Of a stretch of 56,047 nt of DNA, positions 42,901 through 51,329 are shown in pieces. The notes beneath the pieces were generated by a model. It was given only the letters and a program-made list of their open reading frames with translations. It ran no database searches and had not been told where the DNA came from. Within the stretch, counting starts at the first letter, position 1; each line of letters begins with the position of its first letter. The DNA comes from Corallochytrium limacisporum Hawaii (Eukaryota; Protista; Pluriformea). The translations under genes and the position numbers were made by a program. Location of the stretch: contig PDIP01000135.1 in the NCBI GenBank assembly GCA_002811645.1, forward strand, positions 1 through 56,047, written 5' to 3'.

Positions 42901-44021
42901 TTGTTGACAATATTTCGGGCACGATTTGCATACTTCAGTGTGTTGAGTGTCTCTGTAAAGTCGCAGTCACTGGGGCTAATGCAGGCTACCATAACGGTCC
43001 GGCTATTACCGCCTAAACTATCTTGCAATAGCCGAGTTAGTTTGCTGTCTCGATAGGGAACGTGTGTGACTTTCCGGCTGGTGTCCCCGAGGGCACTGAT
43101 TACATTGCCCAAGGCCAACAACCCATAATTAATCGCGATCCCTTCCTTGGCACGATTTCCTTCTGCTCTAGTACGTTTCAACCGCTCGCTTCCTGCCAAA
43201 TCTACGAAGTTTATCTTGCTTCGCCGTGTCACCCAATTGCGTATTTCTCCATTGTCGATTACAGGTTCCTTGAGAGTCATGTACAGTGTGAAAATCGCGT
43301 GACTCCGACTACTGCTAATGTTCATGTTTGTGGATGCAGTTTTCCGGTTGAGGATTCCCTTTTGCAAGTTGTCAAATACATCTTCAGCTGTATGTACTGT
43401 CTTGCTATTGACTCCTTGTATCGTAATTCCGTCATCATCTTCCCGGAGCTTCAAGCCTGCATGGCCCGCACCCAGAGACGGGATATTTGGCGGCTGACGT
43501 TCTCGTTCGTGCAAGAGGTCATAAATTTCTTCGTTGTACAATTCAACGAACGTACATTGCAAGGACATCTCTGTCGAACCTACCCCGGGTATTCCCTCTG
43601 GTACTGTCACGTTTGTGGACAGGAGTCGGGCCCGCCGGTCCGTCCAAATTCGGAACAAATGGTCGACTGCTTGTGGAATCACGCCCTGCTGGCCTGTGGC
43701 GTCGTATTCACTAAACGCGGTGCCCATCGTGTACGTCTTCCCACTACCTGTTTGACCATAGGCAAGGACGCTCGCATTAAAGCCATCGAAACATCTGAGT
43801 ACTATGTCTTCAAATGTCTTCGCATACGTTTCTCGCTGTCCCTTCTCTGGGGATACAACTGAGTCGAAGCGAAACCCGCGATCGTTTCCCATGAGCACTT
43901 GATCATTCTCCTCGTCTACTGCGACGCATTGGCTACACATATCCAGCAATTCTCTTTGACTTTGAGGCCGAACACGAACGACTACCCGAACGGTCTCCTC
44001 GTTTTCTCCATTGACCACCAT
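39978..44021 (-). CDS. KIF21: Kinesin-4 family motor with C-terminal WD40 propeller (KIF21-type)
   Basis: GQTGSGKT, SSRSHAIF, DLAGSERLKRT, HVPYRDSKLTRLLQDSLGGNS; long coiled coil; WD40 with PPHYDAI, SGSRDKSIK, NAHGDWV. Confidence 0.92.
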   Translation of the reverse strand: MVVNGENEETVRVVVRVRPQSQRELLDMCSQCVAVDEENDQVLMGNDRGFRFDSVVSPEKGQRETYAKTFEDIVLRCFDGFNASVLAYGQTGSGKTYTMGTAFSEYDATGQQGVIPQAVDHLFRIWTDRRARLLSTNVTVPEGIPGVGSTEMSLQCTFVELYNEEIYDLLHERERQPPNIPSLGAGHAGLKLREDDDGITIQGVNSKTVHTAEDVFDNLQKGILNRKTASTNMNISSSRSHAIFTLYMTLKEPVIDNGEIRNWVTRRSKINFVDLAGSERLKRTRAEGNRAKEGIAINYGLLALGNVISALGDTSRKVTHVPYRDSKLTRLLQDSLGGNSRTVMVACISPSDCDFTETLNTLKYANRARNIVNKVVASEDSDHIQIRALQRQVQQLTAELLAMKGSSGDGNGITSIGGEMYRRDELAEECRRLREENRTLRSENRTLRERLGLSVHSHAAAQMSDTDVFKVDAPKTESFSSPCSSPSSAQKNPRQLMTLFSALFGKRRSNGELADEERLNLEQESKSEANKAAEATHEVLTPEAQAYGLNDGDGTTKPRSLDESEDLPTPRTFAASLKVDEDELQTKLTEFIQDFQHLSEENEYLKHHYEERLANLMRQIQEYENQKNEARQRLEQSKAMTEQEKSALKQRYEEEMARLTQKIDHLTQEQKQAKEALLLRHRMEKKLNALQCEITRLNDQRSRALRDNLAYRKRVEEVNRLVRQKDAIIRRTNKEKASLSTKLERTERQITTLKTKQQVQLTQAQSGGRFAPNRSRKRKAARMKVVTAVWEQEVQKVIVHHWATRNLERLIILRKACVTSMKRLEEELANVSELTTEAERDEMQETEDNLDSLQEEFRYLQESIVREQSNIMDNVDVSDTATQFVSQIEEEDMPSFIEYIFKIFVEMGYSSLTQEQTINDYRQYIEEAMRDPSPERSGYSPSTSRSLQSPLRNGSDSCVSAGELTDAMSSSIQIHDAVSKRLNSVREEMAAFGTQHMTRSRTKSAEIELISPARVRHDRSHDRSPQSGQNLMYSPQETFSQPDMNGLPSISFRNTLIGHLRDVVSLSIDGHWLLSGSQDRTSRLWDLNTAQEILTLRGFNNTVRTCILRNNEAWTCSESKASRWDARTGELVQSVNLHGIDGSSGDIADMIWIQDNQFVLAMGKSMHVMDSRTLRAIQSSSGHRAPIFSLSLLTTPQGEQQLVIGGQDKHVKILDPKTFDHINTLKPPHYDAINCVLVDGQYVWSGSRDKSIKRWSRQDYTVNQGVKNAHGDWVKCIRSLDDDHIITACRSGYVNVWQSGSVTLQGSMHAHKGAINDICVNNQTFVTGSADQSIGIWHYDGTPRTKG

Positions 44022-44072
44022 GGCCGTGTTGATATGATTACTGACTTCGGGACATTTGCGAAGTGCGCCACT

Positions 44073-44212
44073 CTAAAGCGAGGGCAGTCATAGACCCCAA
44101 GGTCATACAGCGTTAAGCATGGCTGCTATCAGTTGGTAAATGGGCTGGACATAACGCAGTTATTGCCGCCATTTGGGTAGTGAATGGTGCTAATATTTGT
44201 CACCCGAAATAC
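44073..44212 (-). other. Predicted 5'-UTR intron of the KIF21-type gene
   Basis: AC|GTATTT donor, GCTTAAC branch-like site, CCCTCGCTTTAG| acceptor (alternative at 44041). Confidence 0.35.
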
Positions 44213-45672
44213 GTCTCGCTTTCTCATAGGTTGGCGGGACCTACCGCACCCGGATGTAGTTAGTCCGAACGTCCTCCGCAGTCCATTTTTGCTTTCGTTG
44301 AGTACGGATGCCGGTGGGCCATCATATAAAATCACGAACAAGCTACCTTCCCCCAAACGAGAACGAATCAACCAAATTGCAAATACTAGAGGTCATTTAG
44401 TTAAGTGTGGTATGAATCTACCAATGACCAATTCCATTGGAGAGGTTCCATATTGTGGGACTTTACGACATGGAATGCATTATTATGGAGCGGTTTTTCT
44501 ATGTTCCAAAAACAAAGCAACCATTATTCTGTGTCTCTGGCACGGTAACAATTGGGAAATCAAGCCTGGCTCATTCCATGTCCTGGAATTCCATTAAAGT
44601 ATTGTTCGTCAACTCTTCTGGAAGGAAGGAAAGACTGAGATCCAAGCAAATCTTCATTAAGTAGTGCGACAAGAACTAATAATCTCGCTTAAATGCAAGA
44701 ATTTTGACGAATAATTGAATTTGAGGTCGAACCTGTGGAGCAAATTTAATTCAAGTATCGTAGCTATCAAATTTCTCCTTTACCACGTAAGTGTATTCAA
44801 AGCACACAATATTTGAATATATGTGTTTGCATGAAGATATCACTTTTGGTCCTATTTATATGTACGCATTTAGCAATTGCAATAAGAAAAGAAATGATGG
44901 AACATCAAACGCTACGTTCAGGCCACCGTTTCATCAAGAATTCCCCAGGCTGGAGGCAAGAATTTTGAATGCGTTTCTGCTCGGACGAATGTGGATATGG
45001 AAGAAGCAACCTTGCACTGCATAAGGACATGGGACTATGCTTCTGGGTAATACTGTTGTTGTCATCGTTTAGCAAATCACTGAAATTATTGAGTTCAGTT
45101 AAGTTCTTTGATTGGCATGTTCTGTGTGCCTTTGTTTGCTCGACTGGCTATGGAGCGAAAAGAGACTGTGCTGCGGTCGTCACTCTCCCATAAGGCAGGA
45201 ATAATTCGGAACCGCATCTAAACTGGGGAACCCATACGTTGCCCCTAGTGCCTGTTTCCTTGTTTTGTGGATGAATCCTGATGCTAGTAACTAACTAACT
45301 ACTACTTATTGGGCTGGGCTGTACACAATGGCGCTGGGGAGAAATTGCGGGGTTCGAAATATCCAGAGAGAGCTCGTGGCAGTACCCACTTGGGAGTCCT
45401 AACGGTATGTGACCTAGGGCGCTCCCAGAAGCGTGTCGGTCTTAGAGACAGCACTTTTCTTTGCAAGAGGAAGTCCCGTCTCCCCACGAAACACAAGCTC
45501 ACCACAGGTTCACTTTGAAAACCTACGCTTTAAGCGGTAGCGGGGTCTGCCACGGTAACTGTTGGATGGACGAAAACCGGCAGAGGTTCTTCTTTGACTG
45601 GCAGCGGTTGGCTCTCCAGATCGCTCGCTACGCAACGTTCCAGTGGCATGACACATGTATCACTGGCGGCAG

Positions 45673-45789
45673 GTATTTTTCGCTACTGTCCTATTGTATG
45701 GGATTGCGGAGCACCATCATGTTTATGGAAAAATATATGCACATGACCTTCGTGAAATATTGACGATGCCTCTTTGTGAACCCTGACAG
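45673..45789 (+). other. Predicted 5'-UTR intron (117 nt) of the NT5DC-like gene
   Basis: CAG|GTATTT ... CTCTTTGTGAACCCTGACAG|G, 7 nt before the ATG; removes several upstream ATGs. Confidence 0.6.
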
Positions 45790-45796
45790 GTGCACA

Positions 45797-47386
45797 ATGA
45801 TCAGATCTGGTGGTCTGCGGGGCAGACCGAGTTGGACGGTTGGAGGGCCGTTTCTCAGTCGGGCATGGCTGGGTACACGACCCTTTCAGGGCTCTCCTGT
45901 ATCTGCAAGCCCAAGTAAACAATTGCCTGACGTTGCGGGAAGCGCTTGGCCAGAGTTCTTTGCCCATACACACAGCCAAGGGCACTCGGGAGGCATGTCA
46001 GTGTACTATCCCAGGCCACAACATGTGTTTGTGAACAACACTGTAAACTTGGGTACTACAGATATATTTGGTTTCGATTATGATTGGACAATTTGTAACT
46101 ATAAGAGCCAATATCTGTTGCCACTGATCTATGAGATGGCAAGAAAGCACCTTATAGACGAATTCAAGTATCCCAGTGGATTTGCCTTGTACAAAGGGTA
46201 TGATCCTGATTTTGCCATCCGTGGACTCATGTTTGATGCTCGCAAGGGATTACTAGTAAAATTGAACCATGTGAATAGCTTGAGTTCAACTGCAGTTTTC
46301 TTCGGTCGCAGGCGACTGAGCCGGGAGGAGGTCCACGGACAGTACAGTGGCAAGCACATTCCGCTGGACTACCAACGACGGAATCTACGAACCATGTGGG
46401 ATTTATTCTGCTTACCAGAGGCTTGTCTCATTTCCAATATCATTCAGTATTTTGTGGATCGCAACATCAGCTTTGATCCATCTTACGTTTTCAACGATGT
46501 GGTGGCTGCCATTCGCCACATCCACATCAGCGGGCAATTGCATCGGGAGGTGATTGAGAACAAGTACAAGTACTTAGAAACCCGCCATGACCTACGGGAT
46601 CAGATTCAGAAACTGAAAAAGCAAGGAAATACCACCTTTTTGCTAACAAATTCTTCATACACTTTCGTTGATGAAGGCATGAAGTACATTTTTGCCAAGC
46701 ACGGCTCGTCGTGTGATGACTGGGCCAATTTATTTGACATCATCGTGACCAGTAGCGACAAACCAGCTTTCTACTCGAGTGACCGCCCGTTCCGGATTGT
46801 GGATGAGAGTAGTCATCGGCTGCAGTGGAAAAGTGTTGACAACATGTCGCCGAGTTCCATTTATGCAGAGGGAAGTCTGAAGAGTCTAAACAAGTTAACA
46901 AAATGGCATGGAGAGCGTGTGCTGTACCTCGGAGATCACTTGTACGCAGACCTATTAGAACCGACAAAGAGCAGTGGGTGGCGAACGGGTATGATCATCA
47001 AAGAGCTAGAAGATGAGGTTCTGGTGCGAAACTCATCGCAATATCGAGATATTGAAAGTCACATCACTTACAGTGAACAGGCATTGCAAGACATGTTTAC
47101 GTTCTGCGCCAGAGACCCAACAGCATATCGGAGACTTCGCGTAGAGATCGAGGAATGGGAGTATCGCCGACGCATGTTCTTGCGCCAGAGCGCCAATCTC
47201 TTCAATGTGAACTTTGGGAGCGTGTTCAGGTCGCATAGCGGTCCGACTCTGTTCAGTTACTTTGTAACGCGTTTCAGTGACATTTATACGAGTGATGTAA
47301 CAAATGTTTTGCAGTACCACAGCGACCACCGGTTTTTCCCCTTACATCGCAAGTACCTTCCGCACGAACCGCGAATAATGGAATAG
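45797..47386 (+). CDS. HAD-superfamily 5'-nucleotidase domain protein (NT5DC2/3-like), possible mitochondrial presequence
   Basis: FGFDYDWT motif I, YDPDFAIRGL, FLLTNS, VLYLGDHLYADL, GWRTGMIIKELEDE, FNVNFGSVFR. Confidence 0.92.
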   Translation: MIRSGGLRGRPSWTVGGPFLSRAWLGTRPFQGSPVSASPSKQLPDVAGSAWPEFFAHTHSQGHSGGMSVYYPRPQHVFVNNTVNLGTTDIFGFDYDWTICNYKSQYLLPLIYEMARKHLIDEFKYPSGFALYKGYDPDFAIRGLMFDARKGLLVKLNHVNSLSSTAVFFGRRRLSREEVHGQYSGKHIPLDYQRRNLRTMWDLFCLPEACLISNIIQYFVDRNISFDPSYVFNDVVAAIRHIHISGQLHREVIENKYKYLETRHDLRDQIQKLKKQGNTTFLLTNSSYTFVDEGMKYIFAKHGSSCDDWANLFDIIVTSSDKPAFYSSDRPFRIVDESSHRLQWKSVDNMSPSSIYAEGSLKSLNKLTKWHGERVLYLGDHLYADLLEPTKSSGWRTGMIIKELEDEVLVRNSSQYRDIESHITYSEQALQDMFTFCARDPTAYRRLRVEIEEWEYRRRMFLRQSANLFNVNFGSVFRSHSGPTLFSYFVTRFSDIYTSDVTNVLQYHSDHRFFPLHRKYLPHEPRIME

Positions 47387-47691
47387 TCTCCTAAGTGACC
47401 AACCTATCAAAGCTCATTACAGGTATAGACATGTACGTGTATTGTACAGCAAACACTGTCCTGAATTTGGGACATGCTTGCATTTCAACTCAGAGGCAGC
47501 TTGCTGCAGCCGAGCATTGCGATGCACAAATTGAATCACTGGCTAGCAATGCAAAACGAGGCCAGCTCTCACCAGCTAAACTTGAACAGAACACACACAA
47601 ATAATCAAGACTCTTAGCTGAACTCGGAGAATCACAAAACGCTTGATAGAAAACTTTCAGTCGCTTCATTTGCTAGAGTTGTCAATGAACA

Positions 47692-49485
47692 TCACAACAT
47701 TTCCTGGTCCTCGAGGTAATGGTACTCAAACGCAAAATCAGACTTGCGTCGCTGAACCCAATCAGTCTCGAAGTCAAAGAACAGATACGTGCCCTGCTCG
47801 TATTCGTCCGTAATCATCTTGGGCTCTTCATAGCGCTGGAACCAGGTTTTGTACTTCTTGTGGAAGCGCCAGCTCTTGTTCTTCAGCTCACAGGCCGCAA
47901 AGTATTGTTGGAATGAGTTTTGCTGGTAGTAGAATATGAAAAACAGGGTGTCCAGGGGCAGCTTCTCATAGGCTTCACCGTGGTGGAAAAGCTGAAGAGG
48001 AATTTGCGGATAGTATGGTGGTGTAGGTGCTGGCTGACTTGGGAGGTATATCGGTGATCTCTCACTATCAGCTGCCTGGGGGCAGTTTTGGTAGGACGCA
48101 TCCAGCATGGCGAGAATATGCTTGCGCTCCAAGGCACCGCCATCAATTGCGCTTCCAGCCTCACCAGCTGATTGAGCAGTTGCGGGCTGATTACTCACAT
48201 CGGGCACCGCAACACCACCGTCTGCAGCTTTGACGGCATCCGGTGCTGTGCCACTGCTATCCTGATCAGGTGGTATGGACGAGATTTTGTCCGGCACAAC
48301 CTGCTCTAGTCCTGGCGGTGCTTGAGACACGTCCATGGCATCAGGACCGTTTCGGACCGCTGCAGAGCCGGTGGTGTCTTTGGGGGATGTCGCACCAGCT
48401 GCAGAGGTTGTCTTGGTGGCCCCAGATGATGAAATTGCTGTGGACTCTTCCTTGTGAGTCTGAGCCGTGGAGGCTTTGCCAGCCGTAACACCAGCATACG
48501 CAACAGCTGGCTTTGGTGGCATTGCAGCAGGGATGGTAACCACCGGAGTTTTCGGCATCTGCCGCTTCTCTGGCACAGGAGCAGATACAGTCTTGGTTGC
48601 GGACTTTGTTGTTGTGGCTGCTGTTGTTGTACTAGTGTCGTCCGCTTTTGTGTGAATACTGCCGTGATCATCATCGTCCCGTTTGGAGCCTCGTTTCTTC
48701 TCATGCCTTTCGGGCTCTTCCTTTACGGGTTCATTTTCTGGAATATCACTAGTGGCGGCCACATGCCACTCGTCTGGCAGGCGATCAAAGTCGAAGTCTT
48801 CGTATAGATCTTCACCGTAGGCTTCAAACTCAAAGTCTGGCTCCTGATTATTCTCCACATAGTACATGATGTCCTCCTTGATGTTCTCAATCTCTTCACA
48901 GGTCACCGTATCGTTGTCAAGCATGCGAAGAAGAGTTTCCAGAGAGCTCATGTGCATCTTGTTTGTCTCAATTAATTGGTCCAGAACTTCTTTTCGCTCA
49001 GAGTCATCTCCACGCTTCTTCTTCTTGCCACTTGAGGCAAGACCATCGAGCTCCACTTCCGCTACATCAATTTGGACCGTCAGCTGGTCCAAGACCTCTG
49101 CTACCCAATTCCTAACTCCATCCTTTTGTTGTTCCTTTGGATCCTTCTTTGCAGCTAACCCGAGACCTTCCTTACTGTATGCTTTGGTCTTTGTTTCCTT
49201 CTCGACAACTTTGAAAGTTTCCATGCAAGTTTCAATTCTGCGACGATTTTCCAAAAGGGTATCCTTATTCTTAATGTCCTTGTCCGCTGCCCAAGTTTTA
49301 ATCTGGTCGCGCAAGCGCTGAAGTTTCTTGATCTCCTTCTTCAATTCGCCTTCATACTTCTCTTTCAGGTTTGGCTGACTCGCGTCCCGGAATTTTTCAT
49401 GGATCAAGTCGAACTCTTCTATTCCCTCACTGACCTTCTTCAAAACACGGTCAATTTCCGCTTGAAGTTTACGCTTTTCCGCCAT
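47692..49485 (-). CDS. CNOT3: CCR4-NOT complex subunit NOT3
   Basis: RKLQAEIDRVLKKVSEG, LKKEIKKLQRLRDQIKTW, KTKAYSKEGL; C-terminal NOT-box DTLFFIFYYQ...WRFHKKYKTWFQR. Confidence 0.97.
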   Translation of the reverse strand: MAEKRKLQAEIDRVLKKVSEGIEEFDLIHEKFRDASQPNLKEKYEGELKKEIKKLQRLRDQIKTWAADKDIKNKDTLLENRRRIETCMETFKVVEKETKTKAYSKEGLGLAAKKDPKEQQKDGVRNWVAEVLDQLTVQIDVAEVELDGLASSGKKKKRGDDSERKEVLDQLIETNKMHMSSLETLLRMLDNDTVTCEEIENIKEDIMYYVENNQEPDFEFEAYGEDLYEDFDFDRLPDEWHVAATSDIPENEPVKEEPERHEKKRGSKRDDDDHGSIHTKADDTSTTTAATTTKSATKTVSAPVPEKRQMPKTPVVTIPAAMPPKPAVAYAGVTAGKASTAQTHKEESTAISSSGATKTTSAAGATSPKDTTGSAAVRNGPDAMDVSQAPPGLEQVVPDKISSIPPDQDSSGTAPDAVKAADGGVAVPDVSNQPATAQSAGEAGSAIDGGALERKHILAMLDASYQNCPQAADSERSPIYLPSQPAPTPPYYPQIPLQLFHHGEAYEKLPLDTLFFIFYYQQNSFQQYFAACELKNKSWRFHKKYKTWFQRYEEPKMITDEYEQGTYLFFDFETDWVQRRKSDFAFEYHYLEDQEML

Positions 49486-49491
49486 ATTTCT

Positions 49492-49589
49492 CTACGAGAT
49501 TGTACAAAGCGATCTAATTCGTGTTGACACACTCTTTTTGACTTTCGCACAAGAGTACTTCTTGCAAGAGCTTTACTGTCGACGCTTAC
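49492..49589 (-). other. Predicted 5'-UTR intron (98 nt) of CNOT3
   Basis: GTAAGC ... GCTTTGTACAATCTCGTAG| 6 nt before the ATG. Confidence 0.4.
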
Positions 49590-50304
49590 ATTGTCACGGT
49601 AAAGGCAGACTTGTGTTCTTTCACTTTCCACTTAGAATGTGATTAAGCTAAACAAGAATATTTTAGCCTTGTTAATAACCTAGAACAGCCTTCGAATAAA
49701 TAGCATAACAGTTCTCCTCCTTTTCTTCCCTGCAGGCGTGGAGCCGCTTTACCAAGCTGGGGAGATGTGGTAGGCGCAGTACTCCCGGGCTCTCTTGAGC
49801 AAGGTCCCGCGCAGAAAGTGCGGAAACAGAGAGAAGAGGAGGGCGGGGTCAAGGGACCGGACATGTGAGGTGATTGCGGACCGCAGTAAATTTTCACGGC
49901 GAAATCGCGTTGGCGTATCAATTTTTCAGGGCGCCCCTACATTGGGGTGGCGGGGAGGGGCGCCGGGTCTGTTCCCTTCATGATGAAGTACAGCACCTTG
50001 AAAGTCACAACAACTATGTAGAAATGTTCACTGAGTTCCTGGGGGGGGGGTGGGGGATCGAGGCGCCATTTTTTCTTGCCTTTTCCAGTGTCGCATTTTC
50101 GCTGTAGTCCAGTGCAGGCTAAAGTGAATAGAAAAAATACAGACAGGGAGCGCGATATGAAAAAGCCACAACAACGGCGTTCAGGAGCTTGTTGGGGACA
50201 TTTAGTATCATAGACTTCCCCCTGGTGATATAGTACTATCCTCTGAGTTGAATGTACCACGCACAGCATGTCTTCATCATTGTAATGGTGTGGGTGGGGT
50301 GAAG

Positions 50305-50377
50305 GTAGAAAAAAGGGGACCAAAGGAGCGTGTGACTGTCAAATAGTGCGATAATATTACAAGCATTTATGATACAG
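50305..50377 (+). other. Predicted 5'-UTR intron (73 nt) of the SDR gene
   Basis: AAG|GTAGAA ... ATTTATGATACAG| 14 nt before the ATG. Confidence 0.4.
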
Positions 50378-50391
50378 CTGAGGTATACATC

Positions 50392-51207
50392 ATGGGTCGG
50401 CTCGACGGGAAGATTGCAATCGTTACCGGAGGTGCTTCTGGCATTGGACAGGAGTCTTCCATCCTGTTCGCCCGCGAAGGTGCCAAGGTTGTCATTACTG
50501 ATGTGAATGAAAGCAGTGGAGAGACACTGGCCGATCGGATTAACTCTGGCGGTATTGGAGAGTGTAAGTTCTTCAAGTGTGATGTGAGCAAGGAAGCTGA
50601 AGTGGCCGCACTTGTGAAATTCGCCGAGGACACCTACGGAGGACTGCACATCATCTTCAATAACGCGGGAATCATGCATCCCGACGATGGAGATATTATG
50701 GAGACTACAGACAAGATCTGGGACCTGACCATGGACATTAACGTCAAAGGGGTGTGGTACGGCTGCAAGCATGCTATTCCGGCAATGAAGCGGTCAGGCG
50801 GCGGATCTGTCATCAATACTGCCAGCTTTGTAGCCAGCCTTGGTGCAGCCACTTCCCAGAGCGCCTACACTGCTTCTAAAGGTGCAGTCCTGGCAATGTC
50901 ACGTGAGATCGCCGTCTGCTACGCTCGTGAAGGCATTCGGGTCAATACCATCTCCCCCGGTCCTCTGCAGACCCCACTGCTCATGGAGTTTCTAAACACA
51001 GAAGAAAAGCAGCAGCGTCGTCTGGTGCACAACCCTATGGGACGCTTCGGATTTGCCCGGGAGATTGCTTACACCGCCCTGTTCCTGGCGAGCAATGAGG
51101 CGTCCTATGTCACCGGTGCAGACTACAAAGTTGACGGTGGCGTGGGTTGTGCCTATGTGACCCCAGAGGGTGCGCCAAACGCTCCCCCGGTTCCGGAGCT
51201 GCTGTAA
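50392..51207 (+). CDS. Short-chain dehydrogenase/reductase (classical SDR)
   Basis: TGGASGIG, FNNAG, catalytic Ser and YTASK, IRVNTISPG. Confidence 0.95.
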   Translation: MGRLDGKIAIVTGGASGIGQESSILFAREGAKVVITDVNESSGETLADRINSGGIGECKFFKCDVSKEAEVAALVKFAEDTYGGLHIIFNNAGIMHPDDGDIMETTDKIWDLTMDINVKGVWYGCKHAIPAMKRSGGGSVINTASFVASLGAATSQSAYTASKGAVLAMSREIAVCYAREGIRVNTISPGPLQTPLLMEFLNTEEKQQRRLVHNPMGRFGFAREIAYTALFLASNEASYVTGADYKVDGGVGCAYVTPEGAPNAPPVPELL

Positions 51208-51329
51208 GGTGGGATGACACGAAGGATTGTGATGTGTATTTGCTGAATAAACTACATGGAATCCTTCGTTTTCTGTCAAGTTCCGGCCCCGTCCGTCGGA
51301 ACTTGGTTCCTTTGATCTGTAGGTCAACT

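Noticed and set aside
45340-45366. GGTTCGAA B-box/T-loop-like words (also near 35309)
   Set aside because: No cloverleaf stems could be formed, so not called as tRNA.
49980-50034. C-box (ATGATGA) ... D-box (CTGA) pair; a similar pair on the minus strand near 6130-6197
   Set aside because: Short spacing, weak terminal stem and no recognisable rRNA-complementary guide; would need snoscan or Rfam.
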